NCBI GenBank assembly: GCA_030390025.1 | Contig: CM059432.1 | Span: forward strand, 142,106,001 to 142,170,000 | Length of the DNA: 64,000 nucleotides | From: Squalus acanthias | Lineage: Eukaryota | Direction: 5' to 3' | Shown here: piece after piece, positions 54,201 to 64,000 of the stretch | How the letters are laid out: each line of letters opens with the position of its first letter | Numbering within the stretch: the first letter of the stretch is position 1 | Program-made: the position numbers and the translations under genes | Notes under the pieces: generated by a model | Seen by the model: the letters and a program-made list of their open reading frames with translations, nothing else | Databases searched by the model: none | Told to the model about the DNA's origin: nothing

Positions 54201-57200
54201 AGAACGATGCAATCATTTATGTCAATATATTGAACATAAAAATGAACGCACTATCCTAAAATGTTTTCTTTAGTATTAGTTTGACTTACTTTTGTCCAGT
54301 GATGATGGACATCTACTGTTCCCAGCATAATCTGCCCTGCAGCATTCATCCCTGAGTGATCAGCAAAGATTAGTGTACATCCTGTGAAGACAGCAGCCAA
54401 ACCCAGGAAAAGGAATAAAAGGTTTGCTTCAACATTTATAGTGTAGAAAATACATCACAGACTTCCATTTTAAATTGGTCAGATTCCATCTGGAGTACTG
54501 CGTTCAGTTCTGGGCACCGTATTATATTGGCCTTGGAGGGGGTGCAGTGCTAATTCACCAGAATGATACTGGGGTTTAAAGAGTTAAATTATGAGGACGG
54601 GCTGCATAGACTAGGCTTGTATTCCCTTGAGTTTAGAAGATTATGGGGTGATGAGGTGTTTATGATGATTAAAAGAGTTGATAGGGTAGACATAGAGAGA
54701 GAAACTATTTCCTCTGGTGGGAGAGTCCAGAACAAGGGGGCATAACCTTAAAATTAGAGCTAGGCCGTTCAGGGGTGACAAGAGCATAATAATTAGGAGC
54801 AGGAGTAGGCTATACGACCCTTCGAGCCATTCAATAAGATCATGGCAAATCTTTGACCTCAACTCCACTTTCCCGCCCGATCTCCATATCCCTTGATTCC
54901 CCTAGAGTCCAAAAATCTATCGATCTCTGTATAAGTGCAAGTCTTTCTTTCTATCTCAGCATTGAATATACTCAAAGACTCAGCATCCACAGCCCTCTGG
55001 GGCAGAGAATTCCAAAGATTCACAGCCCTCTGAGTGAAGAAATTCCTCCTCATCTCAGTCTTAAATGGCCAACCCCTTATCCGGAGACTATGACCCCTAG
55101 TTCTAGACACTCCAGCCAGGGGAAACAACCTCTCAGCATCTACCCTGACAATCTCCCTCAGAATCTTACATGTTTCAATGAGATCACCTCTCATTCTTCT
55201 AAACTCCAGAGAGTATCGGCCCATTCTACTCAGTCTCTCATCATAGGACAACTCTCTCATCCCAGGTACGGTAGCATAGTGGTTATGTTACCAGACTAGT
55301 AATCCAGAGGCCCGGACTAATGATCCGGAGACCTGAGTTCAAATCCCACCATGTAGTTGGGGAATTTAAATTCAGTTAATAAATAAATCTGGAATTTAAA
55401 AAAAGCTAGTCACCATGAAACTACCGGATTGCCATAAAAACCCAACTTGTTCACTAATGTTCTTTAGGGAAGGAAACCTGCTGTCCTTACCCCGTGGGGC
55501 CTATGCGTGACACTAGACCCACAGTAATGTGGTTGACTCTTAACTTCCATAAAAGCCATTCAGTTGTATCAAAAGCGCTATGAAAAACTAACCACTGCAG
55601 CGGTTCAAGAAGGCGGCTCACCACCACCTTCTCAAGGGCAATTAGGGATGGGCAATAAATGCTGGCCTTGCCAGCGACGCCCACATCCCGTGAATAAAAA
55701 AAAAATCTAGGAAAACAAGGAGATAGTGGGGAAGAAGAAATTCAACAACGTTGCAAAAGAAGATAGGGGGCTGGAGACAGGCACCACTCCCTGGGGGAAA
55801 AATTGAGTCGCGCTAACTTCGCTGGCCGAAACTGAGTGGCAGTGCTACTGGAAGCGCCCCGCCTCCCTCTTGGGGCGCTGCGAGGGAGATCGGGAGTGCC
55901 GGCAAAAGAGCCCGGCACTCAAGAGAAGTGCCGGGCTCACGGCGCGCAGCCGGCACTCCGCGGGGCGGGGACGAGAGTGCTGGCAGGTGGCCAGCAACAA
56001 AAATGGCCGCCCGACACCTCGCCTTTAAATAGCACCGCCCTGGCAGCAGGTCGGACATAGCGTCCGGCTGTAAGTCAGGGGGCGCTACCAAAGGCCGGGG
56101 CACTGCGTACGGCGATGACGTTAGCGCCGTAACGGTTATCGCCGCCGCTGAATTTCGCGGGCGGCGACGTGCCCGGGCACTAGCTGCTTTGCGCCCTGTT
56201 AGCGCCCTCTAACGGGAGGCGCAAAGCAACCAAATTGTTCCCCACTATCTCTCAAAAATGCAGAACTGGCTAAACAATGAGCTAATTAAGCAGCAAAAAG
56301 ACATCTGTGAGAACTTAGTGTGAAGGTTGTTCTCAGATAAGGATAGCTTGAGATGCAAGAAATGAGGAGTGAGAGGGTGACTGAGATAACAGATACCAGA
56401 CAGTTACTGAATGCCACATAGGCTCAGGGGAGAAAAAGGTATAAAAGAACAGTTATTGAACACCGAAGGCAGCGCGAAACCAGAGGAAGTGAGACTTCAG
56501 TCAACAGAACACAGCAAGATTAAGAGACCGCGCTGCAGTCACCTGGTGGACACACTACTGGGGTTTCGAGGAACGGATTGCGACTATCATCTTGTTAAGT
56601 ATTACTTCTTTGTACTGGATGTAAAGTGCTTAATAAATCTGTTCTACTTGTACACAATATACCTGTACCAGGAGTGGTTTGTTATAGTCACAGACAATTT
56701 ACATATAAATTACAGATCTTAGAAATCTTAGAGTGACCATAATAAATCTGAAACTAGGGTCTTAAATCTAAACAAAGCAAACTACGTAGGTATGAGGGGT
56801 GAGTTGGCTCCAGTAGATTGGGAAACTACATTAAAAGGTATGATGGTAGACAAGCAATGGCTAGCATTTAAAGAATTAATACATAATTTACAACAAATAT
56901 ACAGTCCTTTAAGGCACAAAAACCCCACAGGAAAAGTGGTCCAACCGTGGCTAACAAGAGAAGTTAAAGATAGTATTAGATCAAAGGAAGAGGCTGAAAA
57001 GTTGCCAAAAAGTAAAGCCTGAGGATTGGGAGGATTTTAGAATTCAGCAAAGGAGGACCAAGAAATTGATAAAGAAAGGGAAAATAGAATGAGAGTAAAC
57101 TAGCGAGAGACATAAAAACAGACTGTAAAAGCTTCTATAGGTATGTAAAGGAAAAGATTAGCGAAAGTAAATGTGGGTCCCTTACAGGCTGAGACAAGAG

Positions 57201-60200
57201 AAATTATAATGGGGAATAAGGAAATGGCTGGAAAATTAAACAAATACTTTGTGTCTGTCTTCACGGAAGAAGACGCAAAAAAACTCCTGGAAATAGTGGA
57301 GAACCAAGGGTCTAGCGAGAATGAGGAACTGAAAGAAGTTAGTATTAGTAAAAAAATAGTACTGGAGAAATTAATGGGACTGAAAGCCAATAAATCCCCT
57401 GGACCTGATGGCCTACATCCTAGGGTTTTGAAAGAGGTGGCTATAGAGATAGTGGATGCATTGGTTGTCATCTTCCAAAATTACATAGATTCTAGAATGG
57501 TTCTCATGGATTGGAAAGTGGCAAATGTAACCCCACTATTTAAGAAAGGAGGGAGAGAGAAAACGGGGAACTACAGACCAGTTAGCCTGACATCAGAAGT
57601 AGGGAAAATGCTAGAATCTATTATTAAGGACGCGGTAACAGGGCACTTAGAAAATAATAATAGGATTGGACAGAGTCAACACAGATTTATGAAAGGGAAA
57701 TCGTGTTTGACAAAGAGTTTTTTGAGGTTGTAACCAGCAGAATGAATAAGGGGGAACCAATGGATGTGGTGTATTTGGATTTTCAGAAGGCATTCGATAA
57801 GGTGCCACACAAGAGGTCATAAACAAAATTAGGGCTCATGGGATTGGGGGTAACATACCAGCATGGAGTGAGGATTGGTTAACGGACAGAAAACAGAGAG
57901 TAGGAATAAACGGGTAATTTTCGGGTTGGCAGGCTGTAACTAGTGGGGTACCGCAAGGACCAGTGCTTGGGCCTCAGCTATTCACAATCTACATCAATGA
58001 TTTGGATGAGGGGACCAAATGTAATATATCCAAGTTTGCTGATGATACAAAGCTGGGTGGGAATGTAAGTTGTGAGGAGGATGCAAGGAGGCTTCAAGGG
58101 GATATAGACAAGCTAAGTGAGTGGGCAAAAACATGGCAAATGGAATATAATGTGGAGAAATGTGAAGTTATCCACCTAGGTAGGAAAAAAAGAAAAGCAG
58201 AGTATTTTTTAAATGGTGAGAGATTGGGAAATGTTGGTGTTCAGAGGGACCTGGGTGTCTTTGTACACGAATCACTGAAAGTTAACATGCAGGTACAGCA
58301 AGCAATTAGGAAAGCAAATGGTATGTTGGCCTTTATTACAAGAGGATTTGAGTATAAGAGTAAAGACGTCTTACTGCAATTATATAGGGCCCTGGTGAGA
58401 CCACACCTGGAGTATTGTGTACAGTTTTGACCTCCTTACCTAAGGAAGGATATACTTGCCATAGAGGGAGTGCAACGAAGGTTCACCAGACTGGTTCCTG
58501 GGATGGGGGGATTGTCCTATGAGGAGAGATTGAGTAGACTAGGCTTATATTCTTTAGAGTTTAGAAGAATGAGAGGTGATCTCGTTGAAATGTATAAAAT
58601 TCTTAAGAGGCTTGACAGGGTAGATGCTGGGAGGATGTTTCCCCTGGCTGGGGAGTCTAGGACCAGGGGTCACAGTCTCAGAATAAGCGGTCGGCCATTT
58701 AGGACTGAGATGAGGTGAAATTTCTTCACTCAGAGGGTGGTGAATCCTTGGAATTCTCTACCCCAGAGGGCTGTCATTGAGTATATTCAAATCAGAGATT
58801 GATAGATTTTTGAATATTAAGGGAGTCAAGGGATATGGGGATAGTGCAGGAAAGTGGAGATGAGGTAGAAGATCAGCCATGATCTTATTGAATGGCGGAG
58901 CAGGCTCGAGGGGCCAAATGGCCTACTCCTGCTCCTATTTCTTATGTTCTCTTTCTCTCATCCCACTTTCCCCTCACACCACAAGCCTTTCCCACTTTCC
59001 AGCTTATTATACTGTCTGCATTCCTTGCTCCCTTCCTGCCCCCCTGCCCTCACCTTAATGCGAGTCTTGTGCCTTTATGCTTTCAGGTAATCAGCAACCA
59101 GATGACCAGCCTGTCCCTGAGCCTCAGAGAGAGTGAGGCAGGAGAAGAGGAGGAGGAAGAAAGCACGGCGTCACTGCATGTCTCACCCGCAGGCACCACC
59201 TCAGATACTGGGACTACGCGATCTTTAGAGGCAAGTTTAGTGGAGGGGTCGGCACTGGGTGATGCACCGGGGACGAGCGGGCTGCAGCAAGGCCAGGGGG
59301 AAAGGGTAGCTCGGGAGCCAGCTCCCCGGAGGGCGAGTTCTGCTGCACAGGACTCAGATGCGGACCTCTATGGGGAGGCGTTCACAAGAAGGGTGATGGG
59401 CATGCACACAGAGATGATAGGTGCAATGGCAAGGGTGCCCGAGAGCCTGTCGGCAATGGTAAGGAGCGTGGAGGAGTCCGCCTTCAACACTGCACAGAGC
59501 TCTGCGCACACCATGGAGCCTAGACCTTCAGTGGCTGCCAGATCGTGACATCAATGAGTTTGGTATGCCCCGTTAACGGCCCAGATGCAAGATTGACGTT
59601 CGCCCCCCCTGCCTTAGCACCTGGCCTGAACAACGGCAGGAAGAGGAGGCGTTATGCAGTCGGATGGCCGCTGTAGGAGAGGTATTTAAAGGGATCAACA
59701 TCCGCTTTCATTTAAGTGGCCAATCAATGCGGCCTTCTCAGTTTCACACAGCGAAACAGCCATTTTTAGTGAATTAAACGTTTCTTACTTTCAGGAGTGT
59801 TCTGCCTGCTAAAAAATGTCACTTTCATTCTGCTAAGATTTCAAAGTCCTACACTTGGTTACATTAATGGGGGCTGTCCTGGCACTCGACCTCACCGTCC
59901 CGCATCAGCGTCGGAGGCAGAGATAAAAATTGGAAAATGTGGCCAGAGGGAGGAGGGCCAACAGGGCTCTCAACAGGAGGCTTTACCCTCCCAGGGTATT
60001 CCGGCAGCACTTCTCCGACATCAATTTCACTGAGGAACTGTGTCTTAGGAGGCTCCGCTTCAATAAGGAGGTGGTCACAGAGCTCTGCCACCTCCTGCAG
60101 CCAGACCTCGAGCCTCAGATCAGGGTGACCACGGCTCTCTCAGTGGCAGTCAAGGTCACCGTCGCCCTCAATTTCTACGCCAGCGGATCCTTCCAGTCTG

Positions 60201-62397
60201 CAGCAGGAGACATATCTAACATGTTGCAGTTCGCCGTCCATTGCTGCATCCGGGAGGTCGCAGAGGCTCTGTACAGAAGGAGAAGGGACTACATTTCCTT
60301 CCGCATCACCAGAGAGAAGCAGGACGAGCGTGCATGAGGCTTTGCCAGGATAGCGGGCTTCCCCATGGTGCAGGACACCATTGACTGCACCCACGTTGCT
60401 TTGCGGGCACCCCGTAACAATCCTGAGGTTTTCTGAAACCGCAAAGGCTACCACTCACTTAATGTCCAGTTGGTGTGCGACCACACACAGAGAATCCTCA
60501 CCGTCAATGCCCGCTATCCCGGCAGCAGCCACGATGCCTTCATCCTGCGCCATACCGGTGTGCCTGCACTTTTCCAGCCACCACATCAAGCTCGCAACTG
60601 GCTGGTCGGAGACAAGGGGTATCCGCTCTCCACCTGGCTCATGACTCCCCTCTGCAACCCCAACACTCCTGTCCAGCACTCATAATAACGAGAGCCATGC
60701 CGCCACCAGGAACATCATCGAGCAGACCATCGGAGTGCTAAATCCCGGGTGAATTTTGCGTGCGGCGTTGGATTCACTGCGCCGGATTCGCTGCGCCCCG
60801 CCACAAACCCATTAGCGGCCCCCCCCCGCGCGCTAACATGACGAATTTCTCCCCCATAGAATCTTCGGCCCAGTGTGCCTGCACCAGCTCTTTGGTAGTA
60901 CTATTCAAATAGTTCCACTCCCCTGCTCTTTCCCATAGCCCTGCAAATTTTTCCTTTTCAAGTATTTATCCAATTCTCTTTAGACTGTTATTATTGAATC
61001 TGCTTCTACCACCCTTTCAGGCAGTGCATTCCAGATCATAACTCGCTGCGTAACAAAAAAGTTTCCTCATGTCACCGCTGGTTCTTTTGCCAATCACCAT
61101 CAATCTATGTCCTCTGGTTACCGACCCTCCTGCCACTGGAAACAGTTTCTCCTTATTTACTCTATCAAAAACCGTTTATGATTTTGAATACCTCTATCAA
61201 ATCTCCCCTTAACCTTCTCTGCTCTATCAAAGTCACAACTGACATTCTATGTGGCCGTGGTAAACTATCCCTCCTCGTCCTTCTCAACCTGTCTGCAGCC
61301 TTTGACACGGTTGACCACACCATCCCTCCTCCAATGCCTCTCCACCGTCGTCCAGCTGGGTGGGACTGCCCTCACCTGGTTCCATTCTTATCTATCCCAG
61401 TCCTAGCTGGACAATCTCCTGCAATGGTTTCACTCAGGGGCAGCCACCTCCAGCTGTGTTTCAGCTGCTGGAGGCTTCCTCAGCACGTGAGGGCAGACCT
61501 CTGGGCAGCAGTGTGTCCAGTGAGGCCCTTTCGTAACGGCTCTCCCCAACTAACACCACCAGCAAGCTCAAGATGGACAAGAGAACACGTTGCAGATTGG
61601 AGCCTAAGTCCTCTACAACAGCATCTGAGCACTCACAAGGGATAGGAGGCCTGATAACTCTGTCACTGCAGGTGGCTTTGGGCTTACCACATTCTATGCT
61701 GACCTGCGGTTCTGCTGAGCAGTCATGCGCTGCTCCATCGACATGGGCAGTGGACTCCTCCACAGTCACTGTCAGACCTTGCAGGGGCTTGGCACTGATT
61801 TAGCGACAAGATGATATTTCGGTACTTTAGATAGCATCCTTCTAAATGTAAAACTGCAAAATGTCTACGCCAGCATCTGCAGAAAGAAAAAAAACAGGTA
61901 AATGTTTTCTTTAAATGTGATCGTTGTGAGGTCCAAATCCCAATCCCGTGCAGCTGGGGAATGAGGTGAGCCATCAGGTTCCTGCTCCGTCTCTACCGCC
62001 GCCGCCTGCTCCTTCCCCACCACCATCTGCTCAACCTTTCCACTGAATCCCGTTGGGTAAATATGCTTGTCCTGCAGCTTGCTATGGAAGGAGTGAGTGA
62101 TGCCATGAGGTGCTGCCTTCCTCGGTGTCACTGGAACCTATGTCTGCTTGTTGGGGGCTCACTTACAGTCACCGAATCATAGAATGATGCAGCACAGAAG
62201 GCGGCATTTCAGCCCACCATGTCTGTGCCGGCTCTTTGAAAGAGATGTCCAATTAGTCCCACTCCCCCCTGCTCATTTCTCCTTTTCAAGAAGAAGAAGA
62301 TATGTTGAAATACTGGACTCACGACGCCCCTTCAAACAGAGCTTACAAAGCATGCAATATGTGTCAGAGTGGTATGCTGGTATGTATCTGAGTGAGT

Positions 62398-62450
<53 letters not shown>

Positions 62451-63535
62451 AAAGAGAGAGTGAAGATACTAATAGGAAAAGGCCATTCAGCCTCTCGGGC
62501 TGGTTCTGCCATTCAATTAGATCATGGCTGATCTGTACCTCAACTCCATCGACCCGCCTTTGCTCCATATCCCTAGATACCCTTCCCTTACCCAACAAAA
62601 TTCTATCTATCTGAGTCTTGAAAGCTCCGATTGACCCCCAGCATCCACAGCTTTTAGGGGAGAGAGTTTTCCAGATTTCCACTACCCTTTGTGTGAAGAA
62701 GTGCTTCCTGACATCACCCCTGAATGGCCTGGCTCTAATTTTAAGATTATGCTCCCTTGTTCTGGACTCCCCCCCGCCCACCAGAGGAAATAGTTTATTT
62801 TATTCTACAAGAACGGACTGGATTCGAAACCCAAAGCCTCGTAGGCAAAGTTACCTTGTGCTGAGCCATTAAACCGAACAGTGTCAGTGGAATGTGGTTA
62901 AACATGGCGTGCAGCATGAGTTGTGTGTTTGGTTTCACTGGCGTGCCATTTATCTTTTGAGAGCAAGCGTTTATAAAACAACAACAACAACTTGCATTCA
63001 TATAGAGCCTTTAACGTAGTGAAACATCCCAAGGCACTTCACAGGAGTGATAACAAACAAAATTTGACAATGAGCCACATAAGGAGATCTTAGGACAGGT
63101 GACCGGTCAAAGAGGTAGGTTTTAAGGAGCGTCTTAAAGGAGGAAATAGAGGTGGAGCATAAGAATTAGGAGGAGTAGGCCATTCGCCCTTCCAGCCTGC
63201 TCCGCCATTTTTCTTTCTTGGGATGTCCGGCATGCTAGCTCCGTCCTCTAATCTAGAGACGCGGAGAGGTTTGGGGGGGGAATTCCAGAGCTTAGGGCCC
63301 CCAGGCAGCTGAAGGCGCGGCCGCCAATGGTGGAGCGATTGAAATCGGGGGGGGATGTGCAAGAGGCCAGAACTGGAGGAGCGCCGAGATCTCGGAGGGT
63401 TGTAGGGCTGGAGGAGATTACAGAGAAAAAGACGAACCTTTGATATTGTGCAATATTGGAGTGTTCTGTCGGGCAAAACGCGCCAGGCTGTGCAGCTGGC
63501 TACAACGGTGAGCTACTCCCCAACTTTTCTGCCAC
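47995..63535 (-). CDS. TCAIM: TCAIM (T cell activation inhibitor, mitochondrial), 3' part; coding exons 63535-63438, 54381-54290, 53679-53447, 51363-51232, 48220-47995
   Basis: Five AG/GT exons splice in phase: [17 protein letters not shown]...[39 protein letters not shown]...[22 protein letters not shown]...[11 protein letters not shown]...|...[25 protein letters not shown]. This matches the recalled TCAIM C-terminus. Confidence 0.94.
48865..49023. mobile_element. hAT-type MITE inserted in a CR1 (-) fragment (about 48630-49240)
   Basis: Perfect 11-bp TIR CAATGTTCCCT...AGGGAACATTG; 8-bp TSD CTCATCTC (48857-48864, 49024-49031). Confidence 0.88.
49662..50318 (-). mobile_element. L2 3' fragment
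   Basis: Reverse complement of the L2 at 3490-4226. Confidence 0.88.
51232..51363 (-). CDS. TCAIM: TCAIM exon (DSSAPSLL...ARTYLRREE)
   Basis: tttcag|T ... GA|gtaagt on -, 132 nt. Confidence 0.9.
51445..52280. mobile_element. Deu-domain SINEs (about 51445-51680 on -, 51838-52280 on +)
   Basis: Match the SINE at 20716. Confidence 0.82.
53447..53679 (-). CDS. TCAIM: TCAIM exon (LLERLPTY...LQIILE)
   Basis: ttgaag|CTG ... AA|gtgagt on -, 233 nt. Confidence 0.92.
54290..54381 (-). CDS. TCAIM: TCAIM exon ([10 protein letters not shown]...DVHHHWTK)
   Basis: cacag|GA ... AAA|gtaagt on -, 92 nt. Confidence 0.92.
54480..55265. mobile_element. CR1 3' fragments (+ then -)
   Basis: [31 protein letters not shown]. 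Confidence 0.85.
55270..55705 (+). mobile_element. Full-length tRNA-derived SINE (family 2) with a LINE-derived 3' tail
   Basis: A box TAGCATAGTGG, B box GAGTTCAAATCC; last ~110 nt nearly identical to 32789-32900. Confidence 0.85.
55793..56243. mobile_element. GC/CpG-rich Harbinger-like MITE
   Basis: GGGGGAAAAATTG...CAAATTGTTCCCC resembles the TIR of 10030-13930. Confidence 0.55.
56306..56714 (+). mobile_element. Probable solo LTR
   Basis: TGTGA...TTACA termini, TATAAAA near 56440, AATAAA near 56632; flanks CATC/GATC. Confidence 0.5.
56735..58950 (+). mobile_element. CR1 LINE, 5'-truncated, decayed ORF2
   Basis: [39 protein letters not shown]; colinear with 5570-7797. Confidence 0.93.
58950..60855 (+). 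mobile_element. Second Harbinger element, partial: Myb-like 3' exon (59087-59548), transposase (about 59866-60741) and right TIR
   Basis: [75 protein letters not shown]; ends AATTTCTCCCCC|ATA. Confidence 0.88.
62401..62460. repeat. (GA)n microsatellite
   Basis: Seen directly. Confidence 0.95.
62977..63426 (-). mobile_element. L2 3' fragment with a short CR1 piece inserted
   Basis: (CAA)n-CTTGCATT tail; [19 protein letters not shown]. Confidence 0.8.
63438..63535 (-). CDS. TCAIM: TCAIM exon ([17 protein letters not shown]...NIK)
   Basis: tttag|G ... G|gttcg on -, 98 nt. Confidence 0.9.
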
Positions 63536-63654
63536 CTAAACCAAGAACAGAATTAAAATCAACTTATCTGTGATCAAGAAATATTCCTAAAACATGTTGG
63601 AACCCAATGTGATAAATAAAACCTTAATTTATACAAATATTCTCGCATGTACAA

Positions 63655-64000
63655 TACTGTCAGTGGGTAGCACTCTCGCCTCGGAGTCAGAAGGTTGTGG
63701 GTTCAAGTCCCACTCCAGGGACTCGAGCACAAAAATCCAGGCTGACACTCCAGTGCAGTGCTGAGGGAGTGCTGCACTGTCAGAAGTGCCGTCTTTCAGA
63801 TGAGACGTTAAACCCAGGCCTTTCAGATGGATGTAACAGATCCCAATACACTATTTTGAAGAAGAGCAGGGGGAGTTCTCCCCGGTGTCCTGGGGCCAAA
63901 TATTTATTCCTCACTCAACATCACAAAAAACAGATTATCTGGTCATTATCACATTGCTGTCTGTGGGAGCTTGCTGTGCGTAAATTGGCTGCCACGTTTC
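63655..64000 (+). mobile_element. Deu-domain SINE running off the window edge
   Basis: Matches the SINE at 20716. Confidence 0.85.

Noticed and set aside
59866..60741. Functional host HARBI1 gene
   Set aside because: In-frame stops (for example 60335-60337), 3' truncation and an adjacent TIR indicate a decayed transposon.

Overview
Eukaryotic, repeat-dense vertebrate DNA, most likely from a cartilaginous fish (inferred from the CR1/L2/Deu-SINE/Penelope repeat mix). Two spliced genes converge tail-to-tail. On + are the last 10 coding exons of TOPAZ1 (786-43386); on - are the last 5 coding exons of TCAIM (63535-47995). All of these introns are GT-AG with matching phases. Introns and intergenic DNA hold CR1 and L2 LINEs, a second APE-RT LINE family, two tRNA-derived SINE families each sharing a 3' tail with a LINE in the window, and two decayed two-gene PIF/Harbinger transposons (DDE transposase plus Myb/SANT-like gene). 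There are also hAT- and Harbinger-type MITEs, a probable solo LTR and a 23-bp minisatellite. Two Penelope-like families carry minimal hammerhead ribozymes; one insertion forms a perfect 146-bp palindrome centred on ribozyme stem II. Gene and family names rest on recalled homology, not database searches. No prokaryotic system or CRISPR array is present.
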